Positions 30,342 to 41,280 of a stretch of 64,000 nt of DNA are shown in pieces (position 1 is the first letter of the stretch; every line of letters starts with the position of its first letter). The notes under the pieces are model-generated. The model ran no database searches. It was not told where the DNA came from and saw only the letters and a program-made list of their open reading frames with translations. The translations under genes were made by a program, and so were the position numbers. Location: contig CAWBYW010000004.1 in assembly GCA_963792965.1 (NCBI GenBank), positions 1 to 64,000 on the forward strand. The letters are read 5' to 3'. Origin of the DNA: an uncultured delta proteobacterium. GTDB taxonomy: Bacteria > Desulfobacterota > Zymogenia > Zymogenales > Zymogenaceae.

Positions 30342-31722
30342 ATGGAAGAAAATAGGCTGTCCGTTTGGACGAAGATGGGCTACGGTGTTTGCGATCTCGG
30401 CGGCAACCTCTTCTTTACGGCCACCGCCTTTGTGCTCCTTAATTACCTGACAGATACGGTCGGGCTGGCCGCGGGACTTGCGGGTACCGCGTTGATGGTT
30501 GGACGGCTCTGGGACGCCTTCTATGATCCGATCATCGGGTATGTCTCCGACCGGACAAAGACCCGGTGGGGGAGGCGCCGTCCTTTCATGTTTGCGGGCA
30601 CCATCCCTCTGATGCTTGCCATGGTGCTGATGTTCGTCAACCCGTCGATGATCTTTGGCGAAGGCTTCAAGACGCTCCATAACCAGATCCCTCTCTTTAT
30701 CTGGGTCATGGTTGTCTATATCGTTCTCTGCACCGCCTATTCTACGGTGAATATCCCCTATTCATCTTTGACACCGGAGCTGACGACCGATTACAACGAG
30801 CGCACGTCGCTGAACGGATACCGCTTCGGCTTTGCCGCGATCGGGACGCTGTTGGGGGCGGGGGCGGCGCTTCCCATTATCGGACTCTTTGCTGATAAGA
30901 ACACCGGGTTTGTCGGCATGGGGGTGATCTTCGGCGTCGCTATGGCCGTCACGGCGCTCATCACCGTCTTTTCGGTCAGGGAGCCGAAGACGGTACGACC
31001 TGCTCAGATGGATTTCCTGAAGACGTATCTTGCTGTCTTCAAGAACAAACCGTATCTCTTTATCCTCTCCGCGTACGTTCTTCACATCCTGGCGATCACG
31101 GCAGTTAGCGGAATTGCCATTTACTACTTCAAGTACATACACGGGGCCGAGGCGAAGACGACGATTGCCATCGTCATACTCCTGCTGACGGCTATGGTCT
31201 TCATCCCCGTCTCGGTGATGGCTCTCAAAAAAGGTCGGCAAGAAACTCGTCTATGGTGGTGGAATGGCGTGGGTCGCGGCCGTATTGATGCTCCTCTTCT
31301 TCTTCGGCCACAAGCAGCCGATCGCCTTCTCGTATATCATGATGTGCGTCATGGGGGTCGGCTTCGGGTTCACGTATGCGCTGCCGTATGCCATTGTCCC
31401 TGATGCCATCGAATATGACTACCTTATGACCGGCCAGCGGCGGGAGGGGGCGTTTTACGGCATCTGGACGTGGGCCCTTAAGATCGGTCAGGCCCTTGCG
31501 GTGTTAGCCATGGGGTGGGTGCTATCCTTGATGGGTTATTTGCCCAACGTGATGTCGCAGTCACCGTCGGCGAAGCTGGGCATCAGGCTATTCTTGGGGC
31601 CAATCCCCGCGGCGATCTTCATACTGGGCGCGGTCGCCGTCTACCTTTACCCGATCAACGAAAAGCGGTACGAGGAGATCCTGGCCGCGATCAAGAAGAA
31701 GGAGGCAAAGGCGGCAAAATAA
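30342..31722 (+). CDS. Second GPH-family symporter (frameshift in the poly-A run near 31230)
   Basis: WDAFYDP..SDRTKTRWGRRRPF; C-terminal half (TGQRREG) in the next frame. Confidence 0.85.
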
Positions 31723-31851
31723 GAAAGCCTTCTTTCCTCTATCATCGCGGTTGAAAGGGAACGCCGGACCACGGATGAGCCGCATTCGTGTGGGCAAACT
31801 GAGCCGGCCGGAGGCCATACGCATTACGGGGAAGAGTGGAGGAGGTCTCTC

Positions 31852-34555
31852 ATGACTACCGTCAACCTCGACAAGATATTCTCGCCGAAACGGATCGCCA
31901 TCATCGGGGCAAGCGACGACCCACAGAGCGTCGGCTACACGATCCTGAGAAACCTCATCGGATCGGGGTTCGCCGGCGTCATCTATCCCGTCAACCCCAA
32001 GCGAGAGTCGATCCAGGGGATCCAGGCCTACCCCGACGTAAAGAACCTTCCGAAGGCGGCTGATCTTGCCGTTATCTGCACACCCGCCAAGACCGTTCCC
32101 GGTATCATCGGCCAGTGCGGCGAGATGGGGATCATGGGGATCGTCATCATATCGGCGGGTTTCCGGGAGATCGGACAGGAGGGGAAGGCGCTGGAAGAGG
32201 CGGTGATCGCCGAGGCGAAAAAATTCACGGGGATGCGGATACTGGGCCCCAACTGCCTCGGCATCATCGTTCCCTCCATCAACCTGAACGCAAGCTTTGC
32301 GACGGCCGGCCCCAAGGGCGGCGGCGTCGCCGTTATCTCCCAGTCCGGGGCGCTGTGTACCTCGCTTCTGGACTGGGCGCTCGAGGAGGGGATCGGCTTT
32401 TCCTACTTCGTCTCGATCGGCAATATGGCCGACATCGAATTCGGCGACCTGATCGATTACTTCGGCGGCGACCCCAAGACAACCTCCATAATCCTCTATA
32501 TGGAATCGGTCAACTACGTCCGGGAGTTCATGTCGGCGGCACGGGCCTTTTCCAAGACACGGCCGATCGTCGCCTTCAAGTCCGGAAGATTTGCCGAGTC
32601 TGCCAAGGCCGCCAGCTCCCATACCGGAGCTATGGCCGGTGAGGACGACGTCTTTGACGCCGCCTTCCAGCGCGCCGGGATCGAGCGGGTCACCCAGATC
32701 GACGACATCTTCGACTGCGCCGAGCTCCTGGGCCGGGTAAAACCTCCGTCCGGCCCGCGCCTTGCCATCGTCACCAACGCCGGCGGCCCGGGTGTCATGG
32801 CGACCGACAGTTTGATCTCCCATCACGGGGCGCTGGCGGCACTCGGCGATGCGACGATCACCGCTCTCGATGGGTTCCTCCCTCCCTTCTGGTCGCACGG
32901 TAACCCGGTTGACGTGTTGGGCGACGCGCCACCGCAGAGGATGGCGAGGGCGGCCGAAATCGCCATGGGCGACCCGGGAGTGGATGCGGCCCTCATAATC
33001 CTGACTCCCCAGGCAATGACCGATCCTTCCGGCACCTCGGTCGAAATCGGGGGGCTGGTCAGGAAGATCGATAAGCCGATCATCGCCGCGTGGATGGGGG
33101 GCCTTAAGGTGCGGGAGGGGATCGGGATCCTCAACCAGTTCGGCGTCCCCACCTACACGACGCCCGAGCAGGCCGTCAGCGCTTTCATGCACCTGGTCTC
33201 CTACAAGAGGAACCTCGAGATACTCTACGAGACGCCGCGAAACGTCCCGGTGCATTTCCCGATCGACCGCAAAGAGATCAGAGAGCGGATGCAGCACCTC
33301 TTTTCGGCCGGCGCTCGGATACTGTCCGAGATCGAGTCAAAAGAGCTGATAGCCGCCTACGGTATTCCGGTCACCGAGACCGTGGTCGCCGCTACCGCAG
33401 AGGAGGCGGCCGGCGCGGCGGGACAGGTCGGCTATCCCGTCGTCCTCAAGATCTTCTCACCCGACATCACCCACAAGACCGACGTCGGCGGCGTGGTGCT
33501 GGGCCTTCACACCGAGCAGGAGGTCAGGGACGGGTTCGGCTGCGATCGTCGTCCTCGGTAAAGGAGAAATTACCGCAGGCCGGATCGACGGCGTGACGGT
33601 GCAGCCGATGGTCGCGCCGGCGAATTCCGTCGAGATCATCCTCGGCGCCAAGCGCGACCTCACCTTCGGGTCGGTCATCATGGTGGGGATGGGGGGCATC
33701 ACGGCGGAGCTCTACCGGGACCGAGCGCTGGGCCTTCCCCCGCTCAACGAGAGGCTCGCCCGCCGGATGCTGGAGTCGCTGGCATCCTATCCGCTCCTCG
33801 TGGGGTACCGGGGGAGGCCGAAGGTGGACGTCGATCGGCTCATCGAGATCCTCATCCGTTTTTCGTATCTCATCGCCGATTACCCCGAGATCAAAGAGCT
33901 CGACATGAACCCGCTGCTCGTCTCGCCGGACGGTATGGTGGGGCTCGACGCCCGGGTCGTCGTCGACGATGCAGGAGCAGTCAAGGAGCGCCGATCCTTA
34001 CTATCACCTGGCCATCCGGCCGTATCCCGAGGAATACGAGCGCGCCATCACGCTGAACGATGGCACGAAGGCGCTCATGCGCCCGATTAAGCCCGAGGAC
34101 GAGCCGCTCTGGATGGAGCTACTCAATTCCTTTTCGGAAGAGACCATCCGCTTCCGGTTCTTTCACCCGATCCGCGAGATCACCCACGAGATGGCCACCC
34201 GTTACTGCTATATCGACTACGACCGGGAGATCGGTGTCGTCATCGAGATCGATGAGGGTCAAAGGAAGCGGCTCATCGGCGTGGGAAGGCTGATCCTCTA
34301 TATGGACAAGCAGGTAGGTGAATTTGCCGTGGCCGTTACCGACGCGTGGCAGAGGAAGGGGGCGGGCTCGCAGATGATCGATTTCTGCATCGAGCAATCA
34401 GGCTGCGGGGGGTAAAGCGGATCAGCACGGTGATGCTGCCGGACAACAAGGTCATCATTACAATGTTCGAGCGTCGCGGCTTCGCGATGACGAGGGAGGA
34501 GGATCTCGTGAGAGGGGAGCTGGTGTTCAAAGACGCGCAGACGACCGCCCCGTAG
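31852..34555 (+). CDS. Acetate-CoA ligase (ADP-forming)-like / GNAT acetyltransferase fusion (Pat-type); several frameshifts
   Basis: IGAS, YPVNP, GPNCLG, SQSGA, SHTGA, NPVD, THKTDVGGV ATP-grasp, then RPYP..RPIKPED..QRKGAG GNAT domain. Confidence 0.85.
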
Positions 34556-34630
34556 GTCATTACGGGTCATGAGACCGTTACTGATAGAGACGTCGGCCGT
34601 ATTCGAGTTCAATTCCTGGTGAGGTGGGCA

Positions 34631-35430
34631 ATGAAAGAGATATTTACCCAGTGGAAGTATACCAAGATGATCGTCCTGACGGCGCTCACCGCCGCGGTCT
34701 ACGCCGCGGTGATGTTTCCCTTCAAGATCGCCACGATTGTCCCGGGCTTCACGGAGATCCGCCCGGGTGTCGCCGTTCCTATTATCTTCGGCCTCTTTTT
34801 CGGGCCCGCCGGCGCATGGGGCGCGGCGATGGGAAACGTCATCGGTGATATCTTCGGCGGGATGTTTTCCATCATCTCCCCGTTCGGGTTCGTGGGGAAC
34901 TTCTTCCTTGGTTTCCTCGGCTATAAGCTCAGGGAGAAATGGGGGTGGCTCTCGGTCGGGGAGGGGATGGGCATCAAATCGCTGAAGGGGTACCTCCAGT
35001 TCTTCCTGATCGTCCTGATGTCGGCGTGCCGCCTGTGCAACGATCATCGCGTGGGGTATGGATTTTTTCAAGATCCTCCCGTTTGCCGTCTTCGCGATGA
35101 TCCTCTTGATCAATAACGTCGTCATGCCCGCCGTCATAGGGCCGTTCCTCTTCTGGCTGTTAAACCCCCGGCTGGAGCGGTGGGACCTCATCTGGACCGA
35201 CATCATGAAAGAGGAGGATCGCTCCAGGTCCCGCCTGCCTCTCCTGGGCGGCGCCCTCATGTGGGTCGGCGCGGTCGGTGGGCTCGTTACCTGTTTTCTC
35301 ATCTCGACCAATATATATCACGTCAGTATCGGAGGGGGACTTCAAGCGGGTCCCGGCTCCGGAAGTGAGGCCATTTTTTCCGCAGGACTTGATATCGCTT
35401 GTCGTGATGATCATCGGTGCAATCCTGTAG
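34631..35430 (+). CDS. ECF transporter S component (QueT-like), frameshifted
   Basis: EIRPG..P..FGLFFGPAGAWGAAMGN.IGD; probable true end IIGAIL-TAG at 35430. Confidence 0.7.
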
Positions 35431-35438
35431 AGCGGGGC

Positions 35439-37132
35439 ATGACGGCTACCATATCTTTTGAGAAGTTCTGTTTCAGATACCGAAAATCCGCTCTTTGGGC
35501 GTTGTCCGATATCGATCTCTCCGTCGAGAAAGGTGAGTTCCTGGGGATAGTCGGCCCGAGCGGGGCGGGAAAGTCGACACTGGCCGCCGCGATCGGCGCC
35601 TTTATCCCGCACCTCGTCAGGGGCCAGACGAAAGGCGGGCTCCTCGTGGACGGCACCGACACGGGAAACTGCTCACCCCGTGACCTTGCCGGGATCGTCG
35701 GCACGGTCTTTCAGGACTTTGAGTCTCAGATATTCTCCTCCCGGGCCGATATCGAGGTCGCCTTCGGGCCGGAAAATCTCGGTCTTCCGCGAAGCGAGAT
35801 CGTCTCCCGCGTCAAGCGCTCCCTTGCCTACGTGTCGCTCACCGAGAAGGCGACCCGGGTTCCCGCCAGCCTCTCGGGCGGCGAAAAACAGCGGCTCGTC
35901 GTCGCCTCGATCCTCTCGATGGATCCACAGCATCCTTGTCTTCGACGAGCCGGTGACGCGACCTGGACCCCGAGGGCCAGCGGGAGGTGCTTTTGCTCCT
36001 CGAGCGTCTCCTTCGTGAACGGAACAGGACCGCGCTCGTCATCGACCACGAAACGGACCACCTGAGCCGGGCCGATCGAATCGCGGTTCTCGACGGGGGG
36101 AAGATCGCAGCGGTCGGGACGCCGGGCGAGATATTTCGAGACGCGGCCCTCATACGGAAATACCGCCTCAAGCCGCAGGCCCACGTCGAGATCCTCGCCG
36201 CCCTCGGGATGAAGAACGCTCCGCTGGGCGTCCCGGAGGCGACGGCGGCGCTGAAGAAGCTCGCCTATACCCTCGACAAAGAGAGGACCCGAGAAATCGC
36301 CGGCGGTGACGCGAAGCGATCGTCCTCTTACGGCGTGCCCCTCATCGAGATGGAGCACGTGTCGTTTGCCTACGGTGAAAACAGGGTCATCTCGGATCTT
36401 TCGCTGGCCGTCCGTGAGCGGGAGTTCGTGGCGCTCGTGGGGCCCAACGGCTCCGGAAAGACCACCCTCGTCAAGCAGATCAACGGTCTGCTTGCCCCCA
36501 TGGGCGGCTCCGTGCTCCTTTCGGGAAAGCCACCAAAGGCGTTCGGAGTCCGGGGGTTGTCGGAGACGGTCGGAATCGTCCACCAAAATCCCGACCGGAT
36601 GATCTTCTCGGAGCGGGTCTTCGAAGAGGTCGCGTTCGGGCTCATTGTGCGCAACGAGAAAAAGGAGAGGATCGCACGGAAAGTCTCCGAGGTCCTCTCG
36701 GTCGTGGGGCTGGCCGACAAGGCGGACGACGACCCCTTCCTCCTCACCAAGGGTGAGCGACAGAGGCTGGCGGTGGCGGCGACGCTTGCCGTGGGTCCGA
36801 AGATCCTGATCTTAGACGAGCCGACCACCGGGCTTGATCACGGGGAGATCGTCGACATGATGAATCTGCTCGCGTCACTCAACGGGCGCGGGCATACCAT
36901 CATCTGCGTCACCCACAACATGGACGTGGTGGCCCACTACTGCTACCGGATGGTCGTGCTTTCAGGGGGCGAGATCATCGCCGATGGAACCGTTCGGGAG
37001 GTTTTCGGGAACGAGCGGGTGCTCAAGCGCGGGGATATCATCGCTCCTCCGGAGGTGCAGATGGGGCGCGCCCTCGGCTTTGTGACGCTTTCATCGTCGG
37101 AATTTATCGCATGTGCGAAAAGAGGCATATGA
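35439..37132 (+). CDS. ECF transporter duplicated ATPase (frameshifts near 35930-35990)
   Basis: Two ABC cassettes: GPSGAGKS/LSGGEKQR and GPNGSGKT/LTKGERQR/LDEPT. Confidence 0.85.
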
Positions 37133-37899
37133 AGGCCGTAACAAAAACGTCGGGGAATCTCGACCCGAGGACGAAATTCATCGTCCTGGTGACGAGTTTT
37201 GCCGGACTCCTTCTCGCGTGGGACATCCGGTATATCGTCTCGATCGGGCTCCTCATTGTCCTCTACGGCATCTGGGTGCGCGAGCTGTCGCAGGTCGCAC
37301 GGGTTTGGTGGATCATCGTTGCCATTACGATCTTCACGGTCGTCGTCTGGTCCCTCTATCTGAAGGGTCGGACGCCCCTCTTCTGGCTGGTGACAAAGGA
37401 ATCGCTGCTCTACGGCGTGGCCACGGCGCTGAAGCTCGACCTCATGATCTGCTCAGGCATCCTCTTTTTCGCCGGCGTCAGCCCGGACGAGATGGCGGCG
37501 GGGTTCACGCGGATGGGCATGCCCTACACGGTCGCCTTTTCCTTCTCCTACGCCATGCGGCTTTTTCCCGTCATCCTTGCCGACGCGCGGGAGATCGCCC
37601 GTATCCAGGAGAGCAGGGGGCTTGATCTCAAGAGCGGAGGAATCCTGGCCCGTTTCAGGAAGTATGTCCCGCTCCTCACCCCGATATTCCTGACCACGAT
37701 ACGCAACACCAATCACCTGGCGATGGCGCTGGAGTCACGGGGATTCGGCGTGAAACGAACCGGTGAGGGTTATCTGCTTCTCAGATTTTCGGCACGGGAC
37801 AGGACTGTGCTGGCGGGTTGTGCGCTCCTGCTTGCGCTTCTCATCGTGCTGAGGATCATGGGATACGGCGGTCTTGAGGGGGCGGTCCGGCGCTGGTGA
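37129..37899 (+). CDS. ecfT: ECF transporter T component
   Basis: LDPRTK, QESRG and ALESRGF motifs. Confidence 0.88.
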   Translation: MKAVTKTSGNLDPRTKFIVLVTSFAGLLLAWDIRYIVSIGLLIVLYGIWVRELSQVARVWWIIVAITIFTVVVWSLYLKGRTPLFWLVTKESLLYGVATALKLDLMICSGILFFAGVSPDEMAAGFTRMGMPYTVAFSFSYAMRLFPVILADAREIARIQESRGLDLKSGGILARFRKYVPLLTPIFLTTIRNTNHLAMALESRGFGVKRTGEGYLLLRFSARDRTVLAGCALLLALLIVLRIMGYGGLEGAVRRW

Positions 37900-38040
37900 G
37901 ATGCGGCCCCCCGGGGGACGAGACCTTCCAAGGCTTTCCAGGCTATACGACCGGCCACCGTGCAGCCGTTCAGGAACAAACAGACCCGCGCCGGCACATC
38001 GAAACGATGCCCGTCTTAAAAAATAATCGACCACCAACAC

Positions 38041-40338
38041 TCAGGACGGCTTTCTAAAAAGGCTCTCCACGTCGTCCTTCTTCAGCGCCGCCTCGGTCGT
38101 CGGAAGGAATACCGAGACGGTACATCCCTTGTGCTCATTGTTTTCGACGGTGATTGTGCCGCCGTTTGCCTCGATGAGCCCCCTGGCAATGGTGAGGCCG
38201 ATCCCGATGCCGGAGGGCCTGGTGGTGAAGAGCGGCTCAAAGAGCCGCTTCATGCTCTTGACGGGGATGCCGGAGCCCGTATCGGTTATGGAGATACCGA
38301 CGCCGCTTGCACTTTTTTGCGCCTTAATGGTCAGGTCGCCCCCCTCCGGCATCGACTCAATCGCGTTAGAGACGAGATTGTATATCGCATGCTCGATCTG
38401 AGGTGGATCGACGAAGACGTAGGGGATGTCGTAGGGGATATTGAGGGTCATGTTAACGTTGTCGGGTGGGAGGTTTCTGTCCAGCACCCGCGTGATAAGC
38501 TCCGAGACGACAATCTCTTCGCGCTTGGGGGGGCGTTTGTTCGAATAGAACAAGAGGTTTGCAGCCATTCGCTCCAGCCCCTTGATCTCTTCTATGACCG
38601 CCTTGTGTCGCAGGGCTTCCTGCCGGGGCTCCTTTTCTTTTTGGAAGGCCTTTGTGATGGCCGCCAGCGATCGCTTCATATCAAGGCCGACCCTCCCGGC
38701 GAGCTGCTTCTGGGCGGTGAGCTGCGACTTGGCGATTATCTGAACCTGGGCGTCTTTGAGCTCCTTGCTGAGCTGCCCCACCATCTTCTTGAGGTGTCCG
38801 GAGTGTTTCTTGAGGCTTTCTTCCTCTTTCTTTTGCTCGGTGATGTCGCTCTTGATGTTCACAAAGCCGACGATATCTCCCCGGTCGTCAAAGACCGGCG
38901 ACGACGTTATCTGGAGGTATTTCTTCTGCCTCTCGTCGAAATACGACGTGATGGCCGTCGTCTTCGTACCCTCGGCGATGGGCTGGGGACAGTGGGAACA
39001 GGGGGCCTCCAGATCGTGAAGGATCTCGTAGCAGACCTTTGAGATCAACTCCTTGGGTTGTGCCCCGAGGAGATCGGCAAAAGCCTGATTGACCTTGACC
39101 AGGCGAAATTCCCCATCGATAATAGAAATCGGGTCGACGATGGAGTCAAACGTGGTCCGCCATTCGTTGGAGGCACGCGTCAGCTTATTCTCCCACGTAA
39201 TCTGTTCGGCGATATCCTTGCCGATCGTCACGAAGCCGACGACTTCATTTTTCTCCGAGAAGACCGGGGAGGCCGTGACACGAATGGTGTCGCCGAGGCG
39301 GCTTTCGGAATATTCTATCCGTGAAGGCTTCTTGGCGCTGAGCATCTTTTTCTGCGGACAATCGGGGCAGGGATCGAGCGTACCGTAAAAGAGCTCGTGG
39401 CACGTCTTGCCGACAAGCTCCTTTGGGGCAAGTCCGAACGCATCGGCAAAGGCCTTATTCACCTTGACCAGCTTGAAATGGATATCGTTTATCGCGACGG
39501 TATCGACGATCGAATCGAAGGTGCTGCGCCACTCGTCGGATGCCCGCGTGAGCTTTGCCTCCCATTTCTTGCGCTCGGTGATATCCTGCTTCATCTCGAC
39601 GATTCCCTCGATATCGCCGTCATCGCTGAAGATTGGGTATCCGCTGATGGCCCAGACCCTCCCATCGGTGCTTACGATCTCGGCGCTCTGGGGGAGCTTA
39701 GTATCTCTGACGGTTATAATCGGGCAGTTCTCGCAGGCCTCGGTGTTGTTCATGAGGATATGGTAGCAGTGACGTCCGCGTAACTCCGTTTGGGATGTGC
39801 CGATCGACTCGGTAATGGTGTTGTTCGCCCACATCACGTTCAGGTCACGGTCCAGAAAGAGCACCATCTCCGACATGCTGTTGAGTATCGCCAGCTTCTC
39901 ATCGCTCACCCGTGTGAGCGCTTGCTGGGTTTCCTCTTTTTCCTTAAGGAGCCGGTGACGGTCGAGGGTCCGCTCAATGATGAAGGAGAGGAACTCGATG
40001 TATCTCCCCTCACCATCCTTGATGAGGTAGTCACCGAAGTATCTTTTCAGAAGCCCGGTTGCGGCCTTCTCACTGTCGGGATCGCAGATAATGAGCAGGG
40101 CGGGGGGTTGAGTGGTCGGCGCGAGTCCATCGATGAGCGGAAAACCGCCGTTTCGTGACGCAGACAGATCTATGACAACCAGGTCGTACACCGCCTCCTT
40201 CAGCAGGGCCGCGCCCTCCTTTTCGTTTTGGGCGGTGTCGACGATGAAGCCCTCGTCCGTGAGGGTCTGGCCCATGACCCAGCCGGCGGTGCCGTCACGG
40301 ACTGCCGTGAGTATGCGGATTGACTGCGAATATGTCAT
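38041..40338 (-). CDS. Receiver-like + 3 PAS + histidine-kinase-like protein lacking the H-box histidine
   Basis: Three Cys-rich PAS repeats; N/G1/F/G2 boxes (NAIESM, DTGSGI, FEPLFTT, GIGIGL); H-box reads LAGRVGLDMKRSL. Confidence 0.85.
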   Translation of the reverse strand: MTYSQSIRILTAVRDGTAGWVMGQTLTDEGFIVDTAQNEKEGAALLKEAVYDLVVIDLSASRNGGFPLIDGLAPTTQPPALLIICDPDSEKAATGLLKRYFGDYLIKDGEGRYIEFLSFIIERTLDRHRLLKEKEETQQALTRVSDEKLAILNSMSEMVLFLDRDLNVMWANNTITESIGTSQTELRGRHCYHILMNNTEACENCPIITVRDTKLPQSAEIVSTDGRVWAISGYPIFSDDGDIEGIVEMKQDITERKKWEAKLTRASDEWRSTFDSIVDTVAINDIHFKLVKVNKAFADAFGLAPKELVGKTCHELFYGTLDPCPDCPQKKMLSAKKPSRIEYSESRLGDTIRVTASPVFSEKNEVVGFVTIGKDIAEQITWENKLTRASNEWRTTFDSIVDPISIIDGEFRLVKVNQAFADLLGAQPKELISKVCYEILHDLEAPCSHCPQPIAEGTKTTAITSYFDERQKKYLQITSSPVFDDRGDIVGFVNIKSDITEQKKEEESLKKHSGHLKKMVGQLSKELKDAQVQIIAKSQLTAQKQLAGRVGLDMKRSLAAITKAFQKEKEPRQEALRHKAVIEEIKGLERMAANLLFYSNKRPPKREEIVVSELITRVLDRNLPPDNVNMTLNIPYDIPYVFVDPPQIEHAIYNLVSNAIESMPEGGDLTIKAQKSASGVGISITDTGSGIPVKSMKRLFEPLFTTRPSGIGIGLTIARGLIEANGGTITVENNEHKGCTVSVFLPTTEAALKKDDVESLFRKPS

Positions 40339-40586
40339 GAGACAAGACTCAACAGGTTATATCGAACGGGATCGGTAACACAAAATGAACCAGTTTCGTT
40401 CTTACCATATCGGGCATAATAAATCAATCGGATTCTACCCTCCGCGTGATTGCTGTCATATTCAATGATAGTAATCTTTATCAGAATATGATAAGAAAAA
40501 CGCCGTTGATTATTATGGGACCATGCTGTATAGTGTCGCGCATGAAGTGAGAAATGCATCTACTGTCTATCTTTAAGGAGGAAATA

Positions 40587-41075
40587 ATGAGTATCGTAAG
40601 CTTTCTCAAGGACGCAGGTGAGGCCGTCCTGAATCAGCAGAATCCGAACGCGGGCGACGTTCAAAAACATTTGCAGGATAATCTTGGAAGCTCCGTGAAA
40701 GATATCGCCGTTGATCTGATCGGCAACATGATCAAGCTCAAGGGGAACGTCGACACCAAGGACCTGCTCGAAAAGGTGATCCTGCTGGCCGGCAACATCA
40801 AGGGAGTGGATAAGGTGGATGCAGGGGGTCTGAGCGTTGCGAGTCCCGCGGGCGGAGGACACCAGCAGCAGATAGGCACAAAGGCGGGCGGCGCCGGTAG
40901 TGCCGACAGCCAGTTCTACACCATCGTCAAGGGCGATACGCTCTCAGGAATCGCCAAGAAGTTCCTCGGAGATGGCAACAAATATAACGAAATATTTGAG
41001 GCAAACCGCGGCGTCATCAAGAACGCGGACCTGATCTACCCCGGCCAGACCATCCGCATACCGGGAAAGAAGTAG
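40587..41075 (+). CDS. BON + LysM protein (Kbp/YgaU-like)
   Basis: SFLKDAGE, AGNIKGV, FYTIVKGDTLSGIAK..YNEIFEAN..IYPGQTIRIP; AAGGAGG RBS. Confidence 0.88.
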   Translation: MSIVSFLKDAGEAVLNQQNPNAGDVQKHLQDNLGSSVKDIAVDLIGNMIKLKGNVDTKDLLEKVILLAGNIKGVDKVDAGGLSVASPAGGGHQQQIGTKAGGAGSADSQFYTIVKGDTLSGIAKKFLGDGNKYNEIFEANRGVIKNADLIYPGQTIRIPGKK

Positions 41076-41280
41076 GGAAACACGACCGGGCCGGTCTATT
41101 CGCTCATCCGAATATTCTATCAGCAAACAACGAAACGGGCGCTGCGATTCGCGGGAAGAAACGGCGGGTCGCCGCGCCCGGTTCCTCGGTGCCGCCGCCG
41201 GCGAGACTTCGTCACCGGCGGTCGCGTAATCCCTCACCCACATCCGCTCAAGAAGTCCTCTGCGGGGTTTCTCGTTCCCG

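Noticed and set aside
31745-31850. AAAGGGAACGCCGG and GGGCAAAC, resembling cobalamin or c-di-GMP riboswitch pieces
   Set aside because: The remaining conserved elements and stems are missing
31588-33297. Long antisense ORFs (also 27436-28668, 21883-22950, 56722-57855, 53510-54613)
   Set aside because: Shadow ORFs opposite well-supported genes in GC-rich DNA; no recognisable motifs
34595-34625. GTTCAATTCC T-loop-like sequence
   Set aside because: No T-stem pairing or cloverleaf; not a tRNA
35058-36065. Apparent fusion of ECF S component to the ATPase
   Set aside because: Created by an indel near 35385; the S component has a plausible own stop at 35430 and the ATPase its own ATG at 35439
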